This document shows positions 1 to 8,793 of a DNA stretch of 64,000 nt, piece after piece (position 1 is the stretch's first letter; every line of letters starts with the position of its first letter). A model generated the notes under the pieces. That model was not told the origin of the DNA. It made no database searches and saw nothing but the letters and a program-made list of their open reading frames with translations. The position numbers and the translations under genes are program-made. The DNA comes from Candidatus Polarisedimenticolaceae bacterium (GTDB taxonomy: Bacteria > Acidobacteriota > Polarisedimenticolia > Polarisedimenticolales > DASUFT01): assembly GCA_036274395.1 (NCBI GenBank), contig DASUFT010000057.1, positions 79 to 64,078 on the forward strand, given 5' to 3'.

Positions 1-430
1 AGTCGCCGTCGCAGATGCGGAACCCGTCGTCGTCGCCGTTGGCCTCGGTGGCGGGGACGTTGCCGTCGCAGTCGTCGTCCTCGCCGTTGCACTGCTCGAG
101 CACGCCCGGGTGAACGTTGGGATTGGCGTCGTTGCAGTCGCCTGCGCAGACGCGGGAGCCATCCCCGTCCCCGTCCCCCTCGTCCGCAGGGATGCCGTCC
201 GCGCAGTCGTCGTCGATCCCGTTGCACTGCTCGGTGGCACCTGGATGCACGTTCCCGTCCAGGTCGTCGCAGTCGCCGTCGCAGACGCGGAAGCCGTCGG
301 TGTCGTCGTCCGCCTCGTCGGCGGGGACGCCGTTCGTGCAGTCGTCGTCGACTCCGTTGCATTGCTCGGCGGCGCCCGGATGCACGTCGCCGTTGCTGTC
401 GTCGCAGTCTCCGCACTGGTCGCCGCCCGT
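1..430 (-). repeat. In-frame tandem coding repeat with a 135-bp period (45-aa MopE-like Cys-rich unit), at least 3 units
   Basis: The unit boundary gcactgctc / gcattgctc recurs at 89, 224 and 359, a spacing of exactly 135 bp. The translated units align: CNG(E/I/V)DDDC...(F)R(I/V)C(D/A)GDC(D/N)D...(N/D)VHPGxxEQ. Confidence 0.8.
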
Positions 431-3400
431 GGGGAGGCAGGCGACGCCGGTCGAGCAGACCGCGTATCCGTCGCCGTCGTCGTCAGGGCAGGCGGGGAGG
501 ACGATCAAGGAGATCGTTCGGTCGGTGTTGTCGGTGGGATTGGGATCACATTCGGCCGAGGTCACGCTGCTCGAGAAAGAGGGACCCCCCGGAGCCGCGA
601 AGGTCACGACGATCTCCGCGGAGGAGCCGCTCCCGGCGGGGATGGTACCCATGGCGCAGGTCACGATGCCCCCGGCCTCGGAGCAGCCGGAACTGGCGGA
701 CACGAAGGTCGCTCCGGCCGGCAGCGTCGTGGTGAGGGTGACCTGCGTCGCGTCGTCGGGTCCGGAGTTCCCTACCTTGGGCGAGTAGGTCACCGGATCG
801 CCGGCGGCCACCGGATCGGGTGCCACGAACGGGGTGATCACCAGGTCGGACGAGCCTGGCTGCGCCACCACCTCGAGCACGACCGTCGTGGCGTTGTACT
901 GGACGTTCCACGTCTTGCCGCAGCCGAAGGCGGGCAGGTTCGTGGTGGCGAATGTGCCGGTGCGGGTGTCGCCGGTGAGGACGGTGAAGGAGTCGCCGAT
1001 GGCGGGGGCAAAGCCGTTGACCAGGCTGACCGTGAGCGAGCCGTCCAGCGCCGCGTCCACGCTGCCGAAGCCTGGATTGGTGAGAGTGAGCCAGTCGTGC
1101 TCCGTCCCCGCCGTGAGCCCGCCGAGCTCGAGCGTGAGGTCCCCCCCGGGTCCCTGCGTGTAGCCGCCCACCAGGTTCAGCGTGCCGGGGGAGAGTCCGG
1201 GCGACACGGCGCCGCCGGTATTGCTCACGCTCCCGGTGATCGTCCCCGTTCCACGCAGCGTGCCGCCCTGGATCAGCAGGGGTGCGGCGTTCGTGATCGT
1301 GCCGCCGTTCACCGTCGTGGAGCCGGCGGTCTGCACGAGCGACGGGCCCGTGAAGTGCAGGTCTCCCGAGAGCGCCTCCAGGGTGCCGCTGTTCGTGAAG
1401 CCGAGGCTGATCTGGGCGGTGCCCACGCTGGTCGTGCGCAGGAAGCTCCCCGCGTTGTCGAAGGTGCCCGACCCGGTGACGGAGGCGTCCGTCTGGTGCT
1501 CGAAGATCCCCAGGTTCGAGAGCACACCCGGGGAGTTGATCATCAGGGGGCCGGTGCCCGAGAGGACCGCGTTCTGGCCCACGGAGTGGATCAGCGTCCG
1601 CGTCAGCGTCTTTTCCGCCGCGGTCGTGAACGCGATCCCGCCGTTCGCGGTGGTGGTGCCGGTGCCGCCCATCGTGCCGCCGCCCCAGGTGAACAGGCCC
1701 GAGAGGGTCAGACTTCCGTCGCCGGTCAGCGTGCCGCTGCTGAGGGTGAAGGGAGCATCGATCTCGGAAGCGTTGGCCAGCGTGAGGCTTCCCGCTCCGC
1801 TGATCGTGAGCGCGGCTCCGCCGCCCTCCACCCGCAGCGACTTCGCGGTCTGGCCCGCCGTGCTCACGATGACGGCGGCGTTCTGGATGCACGCGTCGGT
1901 GGTCGCGGTGGGGACACCGGCGCTCCAGTTGGCCGCGGTCGCCCAGTCTTCGCCCGAGGCGGGCCCCACCCAGTGGGTGTCGCCGGGACAGGTGCCCTGG
2001 GGCGCCTCGGTGTCCGGCACGATGCGCGCCAGGAACACGTCCCCACTTGCGGTGGACTCGGTGCGCGTGGTACCCGGCAGCTCGTCGGAGCGTGTGAGCC
2101 CGGCGAGGAGGGCCCTGCCGCGAGCATCCAGGAGCAGGGCGCCCGCCCGGTCCTCGCGGTCTCCGGCCAGCAGGTGGGTCTCCTCCGGTGCGAAGGTCTC
2201 GGGCACCAGCCGCGCCACGAAGGCATCGGTCAGGCCGTCCTCCTCCCCCTCGAGGGTGCCGGCGATCCAGATCCGTCCGGCGGGATCGAGCGCCAGGGCC
2301 GCCGCGGGAAGCTCCAGGCGCACGGTCTGCAGCACCGCGCTCCCGTCGCCCGCGACGCGCACGAGGAAGGGCTGCGCGTCCTTGCCGAGCAGCAGCACGT
2401 CTCCCCCGCGGTGTACGGCGAGGCCGAGCGGAGTCTCGTCGCCGTCCGCGCCGTAGCACGTCGCCTGCCTGAGGGCTCCCGTGGCCGGGTCCAGGGTGGC
2501 CAGGAACGCGTCCCGCCCCCCTCCGAACGCCTGCAGGGGAGAGCGCACCGGGAAGTCCGCGGACGTGGTCGTGCCGGCGATGTGGAGGGTGCCGTTCCCG
2601 TCGAATGCAAGCGCGGTGGCCTCGTCGTCCCCCCTCCCGCCGAGGTAGGTGAGCGAGGTCACGCTCAGAGCCGCATCCAGGTGCGCGACCCACCCGTCCG
2701 TCCTGCCGCCGGGATGCGCCTGGAGCGCATCGTCGGTCACCGGCAGGTCCGCGCTCGCCGTCCTGCCCGCGACCCAGATCTCTCCCCCATCGTCGACCGC
2801 CAGCGCCTGCGCGACGTCTTCTCCCGCGCCCCCGATCGCGGCCTCGGCGATCGGCCTCAGCCCGCTCCGGGACAGCCGGAGCACGAACGCGTCTTCTCCT
2901 CTCTCCCCCACGAGCACGACGTCGCCTTCCGGCGTCGTGGCGATCGCCTCCGGCCTCTCCATGCTCTCCCCGAACCACGCCGTCTCCAGCACGGTCTCGC
3001 CGGAAACCCGGGACACGAAGGCTCCGGTGCGCTCCGCCAGGGGAGCGTCTCCGGGCTGCAGCTCGCGCGCCCCGCGATGCGGGTGGCCCCGGTGCTCGCC
3101 ACGTCGGGCGGAGCGAGCGTCGAGCTCCACGCCGCCGAGCGAGCCGGCGACGAACACGTCTCCGCCCGCACCGGTGGCAAGGCGCGGGAGGTCGGCCAAT
3201 CCCCGCCCCGGGGGGACCAGGATGTCGATGGACAGATGCACGTGCACGGGTGCAGAGGCGTCGCCGCTCCCCCGGTTCAAGTGCAGGGCCACGGTCCCGC
3301 CCGCGGGAAGGAGGGTTCCCAGCGCGGGCTGCCCGATGCGCACCGCCTCGGCGCCGGACTCCAGGATCGCCGCTCCTTCTCCGTCCAGGCGGAACGCGCC

Positions 3401-3898
3401 GGCACGGCCGAAGTCGAGCACCACGGCGGACGGGTCGGCCCAAGGAGCCAGGACGAGCTCGAGCTCGAGGCCGGCCGGTCCTCCCCGGAACAGCACGTCC
3501 ACGCCGGGGTAGACGCCCCGCCGGAGCAGCCCTCCGAACGTGGGGACACCCGTGACCCAGCCCTCGGGATCGGACCCGGCCACGTAGTGCACGAGCCCGG
3601 GGGAAGGCTCGACCGGCTCCAGCGTCCCCGGGTCTGCTCCCCCCAGGAACCCGAAGCCGAGCGCCGCTTCCCCGGGCAGCTCCACCCGGCCTGCCGCGAA
3701 GGAGACCCTTCCCCCGGCCGCCCGCAGGGCGAACGCGACGTCCGGCCCGAACTGACCGCGGTTGGGCTCGATGGCGGGACGGCGCCCGGTCGCGTGCTCC
3801 ACCGCCAGCGTCGGCGGCACGGGGTGGGAGGCGACGAGCGGAAGAAGGGCAGCGACGACGAGGAAAGGCCTCGAGGCCCGGAGGAAGGGCGTGGACAT
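1..3898 (-). CDS. Giant secreted surface protein. The 5' end is complete and the C-terminus runs off the left edge (>1299 aa). Domains: signal peptide, SBBP-type beta-propeller repeats, autotransporter-like beta-strand repeats, one DUF11-like domain and MopE-like Cys-rich repeats.
   Basis: Absent from the ORF track because it has no stop inside the window. Hand translation from the ATG at 3898 gives MSTPFLRASRPFLVVAALLPLVASHP..., a signal peptide. The same frame is still open at the edge, where 118..1 reads NVHPGVLEQCNGEDDDCDGNVPATEANGDDDGFRICDGD. A spot check at 598..542 reads AAPGGPSFSSSVTSAECDP. No listed ORF sits in this frame. Motifs: GEIWVAGRTASADLPV and GTLHIAGTTTSADFPV (SBBP-like); DCDDxxxxVHPGAxEQCNGxDDDC (MopE-like). 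Confidence 0.8.
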   Translation of the reverse strand, partial: MSTPFLRASRPFLVVAALLPLVASHPVPPTLAVEHATGRRPAIEPNRGQFGPDVAFALRAAGGRVSFAAGRVELPGEAALGFGFLGGADPGTLEPVEPSPGLVHYVAGSDPEGWVTGVPTFGGLLRRGVYPGVDVLFRGGPAGLELELVLAPWADPSAVVLDFGRAGAFRLDGEGAAILESGAEAVRIGQPALGTLLPAGGTVALHLNRGSGDASAPVHVHLSIDILVPPGRGLADLPRLATGAGGDVFVAGSLGGVELDARSARRGEHRGHPHRGARELQPGDAPLAERTGAFVSRVSGETVLETAWFGESMERPEAIATTPEGDVVLVGERGEDAFVLRLSRSGLRPIAEAAIGGAGEDVAQALAVDDGGEIWVAGRTASADLPVTDDALQAHPGGRTDGWVAHLDAALSVTSLTYLGGRGDDEATALAFDGNGTLHIAGTTTSADFPVRSPLQAFGGGRDAFLATLDPATGALRQATCYGADGDETPLGLAVHRGGDVLLLGKDAQPFLVRVAGDGSAVLQTVRLELPAAALALDPAGRIWIAGTLEGEEDGLTDAFVARLVPETFAPEETHLLAGDREDRAGALLLDARGRALLAGLTRSDELPGTTRTESTASGDVFLARIVPDTEAPQGTCPGDTHWVGPASGEDWATAANWSAGVPTATTDACIQNAAVIVSTAGQTAKSLRVEGGGAALTISGAGSLTLANASEIDAPFTLSSGTLTGDGSLTLSGLFTWGGGTMGGTGTTTANGGIAFTTAAEKTLTRTLIHSVGQNAVLSGTGPLMINSPGVLSNLGIFEHQTDASVTGSGTFDNAGSFLRTTSVGTAQISLGFTNSGTLEALSGDLHFTGPSLVQTAGSTTVNGGTITNAAPLLIQGGTLRGTGTITGSVSNTGGAVSPGLSPGTLNLVGGYTQGPGGDLTLELGGLTAGTEHDWLTLTNPGFGSVDAALDGSLTVSLVNGFAPAIGDSFTVLTGDTRTGTFATTNLPAFGCGKTWNVQYNATTVVLEVVAQPGSSDLVITPFVAPDPVAAGDPVTYSPKVGNSGPDDATQVTLTTTLPAGATFVSASSGCSEAGGIVTCAMGTIPAGSGSSAEIVVTFAAPGGPSFSSSVTSAECDPNPTDNTDRTISLIVLPACPDDDGDGYAVCSTGVACLPTGGDQCGDCDDSNGDVHPGAAEQCNGVDDDCTNGVPADEADDDTDGFRVCDGDCDDLDGNVHPGATEQCNGIDDDCADGIPADEGDGDGDGSRVCAGDCNDANPNVHPGVLEQCNGEDDDCDGNVPATEANGDDDGFRICDGD

Positions 3899-3967
3899 GA
3901 ATCCCCCCGTTTCGATCTTTGTGCTGAAGGAGACGGATTTTGCCCCAGGTCAGGGGCACGCAAGCAA

Positions 3968-4774
3968 CTAAAAAGTTACGTGCGCCAGGAATGCAGCGAT
4001 CCGCTCCCCGGCCTCGATCCGGGTGAGCAGGGCGTCGTGCCCCGCACCCTCCACCCGCACGAGCTCCGCCATGCCCGGACGCGCCGCCGCAAACAGCCGC
4101 TCCGCGTGGGCGAAGGGCACCACCTCGTCGTCCGTTCCGTGCACGAAGAGGACGGGGACCCCGAGGGAGGGTAGGTGCGCGCGGCCCCGGAAGGCGTCCG
4201 GGTCCACGCCCACCAGGCGGCGCGCGCTCCTGTGCAGCGTCCTCCGGAACCAGCGAGCCGGGATCCCCTTGCGCTCGAGATACACCTCGGTCGCCTCCAT
4301 GGGGCCCTCGGCGGACGCCACGACCACCAGGGCCGACCACCGGGGATCGGTGGCCGCGCTCACGATGGCGCCGATGCCGCCGAAGGAGTAGCCGAGCAGC
4401 GCCGCACGCGCGCCGTTCAGGTGATCCGCCACCGCGCGCAGGTCCTCGACCATGAGGGCGGCGTGGTACGCCTCCGCCGGCCCGGTCCTGCCGTGCCCGG
4501 GCAGGTCGAGGAGCAAGGCGGCAATCCCCGCCCGCAGCAGCGGACGGGCGAGCGGGGCCATGCGGCCGCCGTCCGAGGACCAGCCGTGCACGAAGACGGC
4601 TGTCCCCCGCACCGATCCCTCCGGCCTCACGTGCCAGGCCTTCATGGGGCGCGGTCCCGGGATCGTCACGTCCTCGGCGCGGGCCACCATGTCCGGCGGC
4701 AGTGCCCGCGGCCTGCGCTGCGGCGGACGGAGCACGCGCCTGAAGAGAGGATCGAGGACGAAGCGTGGGAGCAC
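3968..4774 (-). CDS. Alpha/beta hydrolase (serine hydrolase fold)
   Basis: This is the C-terminal part of track ORF 3968..5506. It contains HGWSSDG, the nucleophile elbow GYSFGG, and VHGTDDEVVP plus GAGHD. The N-terminal 240 aa of the track ORF are low-complexity and overlap the real plus-strand gene at 4904. The start was trimmed to the GTG at 4774. The ATG at 4690 is an alternative. Confidence 0.75.
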   Translation of the reverse strand: MLPRFVLDPLFRRVLRPPQRRPRALPPDMVARAEDVTIPGPRPMKAWHVRPEGSVRGTAVFVHGWSSDGGRMAPLARPLLRAGIAALLLDLPGHGRTGPAEAYHAALMVEDLRAVADHLNGARAALLGYSFGGIGAIVSAATDPRWSALVVVASAEGPMEATEVYLERKGIPARWFRRTLHRSARRLVGVDPDAFRGRAHLPSLGVPVLFVHGTDDEVVPFAHAERLFAAARPGMAELVRVEGAGHDALLTRIEAGERIAAFLAHVTF

Positions 4775-4903
4775 GCCGCCGATCTTAACGGGCGTCGGCC
4801 CTTTTCCGGAGGTCCCGCGCCGCGAGCCCGCCTGCCTTACGAAGGCTGTCGTGGATTCTCGCGTCGTGGCGCCGTAACCCTTCACCACGGCAGGGGGAAC
4901 GGA

Positions 4904-5344
4904 ATGCGAAGCATGCGCGTGACCCTCCTCGCGGCTCTGATGGTGATCTTCCTCGGGTTCCCCCTGCACGTCCACGCCGCCGAGGAGGGGGAGGAGCCCG
5001 CCGGCCCCGAGTGCGGCGAGGGACGGACGTGGTGGCCTCCGCTCGAGGCCTGCGTCACCCTCCCGGTGCTCAAGAAGCGCGTGGACCCGGAGTACCTGGA
5101 CCCCGCGCCGGGCCTGGACTACGGCGCCCTCCTGTACCTGCACGTCTCCGCCCGGGGCGCGGTGGCCGATGTCCAAATCGTCAAGGCGCCGCTCGAGGGG
5201 GAAGAAACCCCCGAAGGCGAAGCGGTCCTCGCCGCCTTCGTGCACGCGGTCCGGCAGTGGACGTTCGAGCCCGGGTTCGACGACTGGGGCAAGCCCGTCG
5301 CCATGACCGTGATCCTGAAGATCCGCCTGCGCACCGAGGCCTAG
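4904..5344 (+). CDS. Small secreted TonB C-terminal-domain-like protein (146 aa), paralog 1
   Basis: This is the C-terminal part of track ORF 4175..5344 and starts at MRSMRVTLLAALMVIFLGFPLHVHA, a signal peptide. The core VLKKRVDPEY...YLHVSARGAVADVQIVK...AVRQWTFEP...GKPVAMTVILKIRL fits the TonB_C fold pattern. It is clearly paralogous to 8313..8750. Confidence 0.75.
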   Translation: MRSMRVTLLAALMVIFLGFPLHVHAAEEGEEPAGPECGEGRTWWPPLEACVTLPVLKKRVDPEYLDPAPGLDYGALLYLHVSARGAVADVQIVKAPLEGEETPEGEAVLAAFVHAVRQWTFEPGFDDWGKPVAMTVILKIRLRTEA

Positions 5345-6564
5345 CCGACGGCGAGCCTCCGCGGACGCTCGCGCACCTGGAGCCGGTTCACCCCCTGATT
5401 TTCTTCCATGGGGAGGTCCGGCAGGACGAAGCGGAACACGGATCCCCGGCCCAGCTCGGACTCGACCCAGATGCGGCCCCCGTAGCGCTCGACGATCTTC
5501 TTGCACACGGCCAGGCCGATCCCGGTTCCGGGGTAGCGCTCCTGGGTGTGCAGCCGGCGGAACAGCTCGAAGATCCGCTCGTGGTATTCCGGGGCCATGC
5601 CGATCCCGTTGTCCGCCACCGCGAACACCCAGCCCATCCCCTCGCGGGCCGCGGAGATCTCCACGTGCGGCGCCCGGTCCCCACGGAACTTGAGGGCGTT
5701 CCCCACCAGGTTGAGGAACACCTGGGTGAGCTGGGTCTCGTTTCCGGCCAGCACGGGGAGGGGACCGACGGTCACCTCTGCACCCAGCTCCTCCAGCGTG
5801 GGGCGGAGGTCTCGGAGGACGCTGCGCACCACGGTCCCGATGTCCACCGGGGCCACCGTGGACGGGGCGGCATCCACGCGGGAGAAGGAGAGCAGGTCGT
5901 TGATCAGGCGGTGCATGCGGTCGGCACCGGCCGCGATGTACCCCAGGAACTCGTCGCCATCGCTTCCGAGCTGGTTCTGGAAGCGCAGGGACAGGAGCTG
6001 CGTGTAGCTCAGGACGGCCCGAAGGGGCTCCTGGAGGTCGTGGGAGGCGACGTAGGCGAAGCGCTCCAGCTCGGCGTTCGAGCGCCGGAGCTGGTCCGCC
6101 TGCTTGCGCAGCTCCGCCGCCGTGCGCTCCCGCTCCCGCAGGTGCGCGCGGATCTGGTACTGGCGGCTGCGGGCGCGCAGCGCATTGCGGAGCGCCCCCA
6201 CCAGGGTGGCCACCCGGACCGGCCGCTCCAGCAGCAGCACGTTGCTCAACCGCTCCAGGGACCAGAGGGCCGCCGGAGAATCCGCCCCACCGCTGCAGAG
6301 CAGGATGAGCGGGAAGTCGGACCAGGGGGGCTGCGCCCCCAGCAGGTCGGCCAGCCTCTCCCTCTCCTCGCCCAGCAGCGCCTCCTCGGTGATCAGCACG
6401 GCACCCGCTCCCCGGCGCAGGGCGGAGCAGAGCGCGTCCATGTCGCGGCAGGGCAGGGCGAGCACTCCCTCGCCCGCCAGGACCTCGGCCGCCAGGCCGG
6501 CGTCCCTGCCCACCGGGGCGAGGATGAGCACCCGGCGCTCCCGCGCGCCCTGCCCGTCAGGCAT
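5341..6564 (-). CDS. Sensor histidine kinase with an N-terminal pseudo-receiver domain
   Basis: H-box FAYVASHDLQEPLR, N-box LNLVGNALKF, and G-boxes DNGIGM and GTGIGLAVC. The N-terminal 120 aa look like a receiver fold, but the acidic pocket is missing (LILAPVGRD in place of DD, VLITEE in place of the phospho-Asp). The start overlaps the kaiC-like stop by 8 nt. Confidence 0.9.
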   Translation of the reverse strand: MPDGQGARERRVLILAPVGRDAGLAAEVLAGEGVLALPCRDMDALCSALRRGAGAVLITEEALLGEERERLADLLGAQPPWSDFPLILLCSGGADSPAALWSLERLSNVLLLERPVRVATLVGALRNALRARSRQYQIRAHLRERERTAAELRKQADQLRRSNAELERFAYVASHDLQEPLRAVLSYTQLLSLRFQNQLGSDGDEFLGYIAAGADRMHRLINDLLSFSRVDAAPSTVAPVDIGTVVRSVLRDLRPTLEELGAEVTVGPLPVLAGNETQLTQVFLNLVGNALKFRGDRAPHVEISAAREGMGWVFAVADNGIGMAPEYHERIFELFRRLHTQERYPGTGIGLAVCKKIVERYGGRIWVESELGRGSVFRFVLPDLPMEENQGVNRLQVRERPRRLAVG

Positions 6565-8077
6565 GGGGGGTGCCGGTCCCGGGCTTGGCGAGCTCGGTCT
6601 CGTGTCCGTTCTTCCGCAAGGGAACGGGGACGCCGGTGAAGACGCCCCGGTACAGCGAGAGCTCGGGCCCGATGGTGATCCCGGTGGGCCCGATGCTCAG
6701 CTCGCGGATCCCCTTTTCGTGCGTCCCCCGGCGCTTCTTCACCACCGACAGCGCCTGCCGCAGGCTGCCCTCCGCCTCGTAGAAGCGGAAGAGGATCACG
6801 GTGTCCGCCAGGTAGCTGGCGTCGAACGGAGTGACCAGGCCCGCGCCCATGAACCCCTGCTGGCCCACGATCAGGATGGTGAGCACCCCTTTCTGGCCGA
6901 GATAGGTGAGCAGCTCGTGGAGCTGGATGGTGAGGAACCGCTCCTCGGGCATGGCGTGCATGTAGCCGTTGAGGCTGTCGATCACCACCGTGCGGGCGCC
7001 ACGCTCCACGGCCCCGCGCACGCACACGGCGAACTCCCCCGGGGGCATCTCCGCCGGGTCGACCTGCTGGAGGTGGAGCTTCTCGGAAGCGATGACCTCC
7101 TCGAGGGACAGGCCCACGCCTGCGGAGCGAAGGCGCAGGGTGGTCACGCTCTCGTCGAAGGCGAAATAGGCGGCCTTATGGCCCTGGGCGATGGCGGCCA
7201 GGGCGACCCGGGTGGCCATCGTGGACTTGCCGGTCCCCGCCGGTCCCAGGAGCAAGGTGCTGGTCCCCCAGTCGAGTCCACCCCCCAGGAGGCCGTCGAG
7301 CGCGTCGTCCCCGGTGTGAAGCCGCTCGACGCGGGTCTCGCCCTGGTGCTCGGCCGCGACCAGGCGCGGGTAGACGTCGAGGCCGCCGGTGCGGATGCGG
7401 AAGTCGTGGTAGCCGCCGCGGTATGCGGAGCCGCGCAGCTTCGTGATGCGCAGGCGCCGCCGCTCCGCCCCGTAGGAGGGCGCCAGGTGCTCGAGAGCGA
7501 TCACCCCATGGGCGATGCTGTGCACCTGGAGGTCGCCGACCGGGCCCGTGCGGTCGTCCAGGAAGAGCATCGTGCAGTCGCGGCCGCTGAAGAACTGCTT
7601 CAGGGCCAGAATCTGCCGCCGGTAGCGCAGTGGGCTCTGGGCCAGCAGGCGCATCTCGGAGAGGGAGTCGAAGGCGAGCCGTCGGGGATGCGAGCGCTCC
7701 ACCTCGTCGAGCACGGCGCGGGTGAGCTGCCCCAGCTCGATCTCGGCGGGGTGGAAGATCGTGTTCTCCGCCTGGGCGCGGATCGCCTCCTCCATGGTGA
7801 TCAGCTCGCAGATCTGGATGCCGTCCAGGGAGAAGCCATGGGAGGCGGCGACGGCCAGCAGCTCCTCCTTCGTCTCCGACAGCGTCACGTACAGCCCGGC
7901 CTCGCCGCGGTGGGCCCCCTCCATGAGGAACTGCATGGCCAGCGTGGTCTTGCCGGCGCCGGGATCCCCCTCGAGCAGGTACAGGCGACGGCGGGGAAGG
8001 CCGCCGCGGAGGACGTCGTCGAGCCCGGCCACTCCCGTGGCGGCCAGAGATGTCGGTTCCTGGGTCCTCGATTCCAT
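6557..8077 (-). CDS. kaiC: KaiC-family double RecA-like ATPase (506 aa)
   Basis: Two Walker A motifs are present, GDPGAGKTT and GPAGTGKST. Each is followed by a KaiC-type domain (LAFDSLSEM, VVIDSLNGY, VVKKRRGTHE). The start was trimmed to MESRTQEP at 8077, because the upstream 129 aa of the track ORF are low-complexity. Confidence 0.9.
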   Translation of the reverse strand: MESRTQEPTSLAATGVAGLDDVLRGGLPRRRLYLLEGDPGAGKTTLAMQFLMEGAHRGEAGLYVTLSETKEELLAVAASHGFSLDGIQICELITMEEAIRAQAENTIFHPAEIELGQLTRAVLDEVERSHPRRLAFDSLSEMRLLAQSPLRYRRQILALKQFFSGRDCTMLFLDDRTGPVGDLQVHSIAHGVIALEHLAPSYGAERRRLRITKLRGSAYRGGYHDFRIRTGGLDVYPRLVAAEHQGETRVERLHTGDDALDGLLGGGLDWGTSTLLLGPAGTGKSTMATRVALAAIAQGHKAAYFAFDESVTTLRLRSAGVGLSLEEVIASEKLHLQQVDPAEMPPGEFAVCVRGAVERGARTVVIDSLNGYMHAMPEERFLTIQLHELLTYLGQKGVLTILIVGQQGFMGAGLVTPFDASYLADTVILFRFYEAEGSLRQALSVVKKRRGTHEKGIRELSIGPTGITIGPELSLYRGVFTGVPVPLRKNGHETELAKPGTGTPHA

Positions 8078-8312
8078 CGGATCGCCCTCTTCGATCGAGA
8101 CGGAGGCCCGGCCGCGGGACACGTGGCCGGGTGCGTTGCCTTCATCTTCCCGGAAAGAGGGGCTGGCACGCAAGCGTCGCGTGGGACGGGCGTTTCCGGG
8201 TCCTCGTCCTTGTCGCCGGAGCCGGCGCGAGAAACCGGCTCCCTTTACGACCACAGGCGTGGTTTCTCGTTGAGAAGCAACGTACTTCCCGGCCAGCACC
8301 GGGGGACAAGCC

Positions 8313-8750
8313 GTGCTGCACATCCGAGCCGCCGTCTTCGCGGCGATCGTCACGCTCGCCGCCATCTCCTTCACGCCGCCGGCCCTGGCCGGCGATGCCG
8401 CACCGGCGGAGCCGGACTGCGGCCAGGGCCGCGCCTGGTGGCCCCCCCTCGAGGCCTGCGTCACCCTTCCCGTCCTGAAGAAGATGGTGGATCCGGAGTA
8501 CGGCAGTGCCGTGCCCGGGCTCCGCTACGGCGCGATCCTCTACGTCCGGGTGCTGGACACCGGACTGGTGGGGGACGTCCAGGTCGTGAAGGCTCCGCCG
8601 GAGGGAGACCCCGCCGAGGGAGACGACACGGCGATCCAGGCGCTCCTCAAGGCCGTGCGCCAGTGGCGCTTCTCCCCGGGCCTGGGGCCGGATGGGAAGC
8701 CGATCGGCATGTCGGTGACGCTCAAGGTGCACCTGCTCACCGAGGAGTAG
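8313..8750 (+). CDS. Small secreted TonB C-terminal-domain-like protein (145 aa), paralog 2
   Basis: Signal peptide MLHIRAAVFAAIVTLAAISFTPPALA. It shares CGxGRxWWPPLEACVTLPVLKKxVDPEY and the AVRQWxFxPG...GKP motif with 4904..5344. DNA identity across that block is high by eye. Confidence 0.8.
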   Translation: MLHIRAAVFAAIVTLAAISFTPPALAGDAAPAEPDCGQGRAWWPPLEACVTLPVLKKMVDPEYGSAVPGLRYGAILYVRVLDTGLVGDVQVVKAPPEGDPAEGDDTAIQALLKAVRQWRFSPGLGPDGKPIGMSVTLKVHLLTEE

Positions 8751-8793
8751 TCCCGGGACCACAATATCCGCGCCCATCCTCCGTCTTCAGGGC

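Noticed and set aside
110-4340. Very long track ORFs 110..4174 (+, 1354 aa) and 546..4340 (-, 1264 aa) covering the left 4 kb
   Set aside because: Both translate to R/G/A/P/H-rich low-complexity strings with no motifs. The third minus frame gives a coherent signal peptide, SBBP-like, DUF11-like and MopE-like domains, and is open from 3898 to the edge. These are GC-driven shadow ORFs.
3968-5506. Full-length versions of track ORFs 3968..5506 (-) and 4175..5344 (+), which overlap each other by more than 1 kb
   Set aside because: Only the C-terminal 240-268 aa of the minus ORF (hydrolase motifs) and the C-terminal 146 aa of the plus ORF (signal peptide plus TonB-C-like domain) look like real protein. 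The remainders are low-complexity and mutually exclusive.
6557-8077. Interpreting the kaiC-like gene as evidence for a circadian oscillator
   Set aside because: No kaiA or kaiB is in the window. The partner is a histidine kinase with a pseudo-receiver, and KaiC-family ATPases are widespread in non-rhythmic stress signalling. Only the family assignment is supported.
8751-8793. Possible ECF-type promoter (GGGACC ... CCGTCTT) just upstream of the sigma gene at 8794
   Set aside because: The spacing between the two elements is about 21 nt, longer than the usual 16-17 nt. The -35 element is not a clean GGAAC, and the element would sit almost on top of the start codon. Support is too weak to report as a feature.
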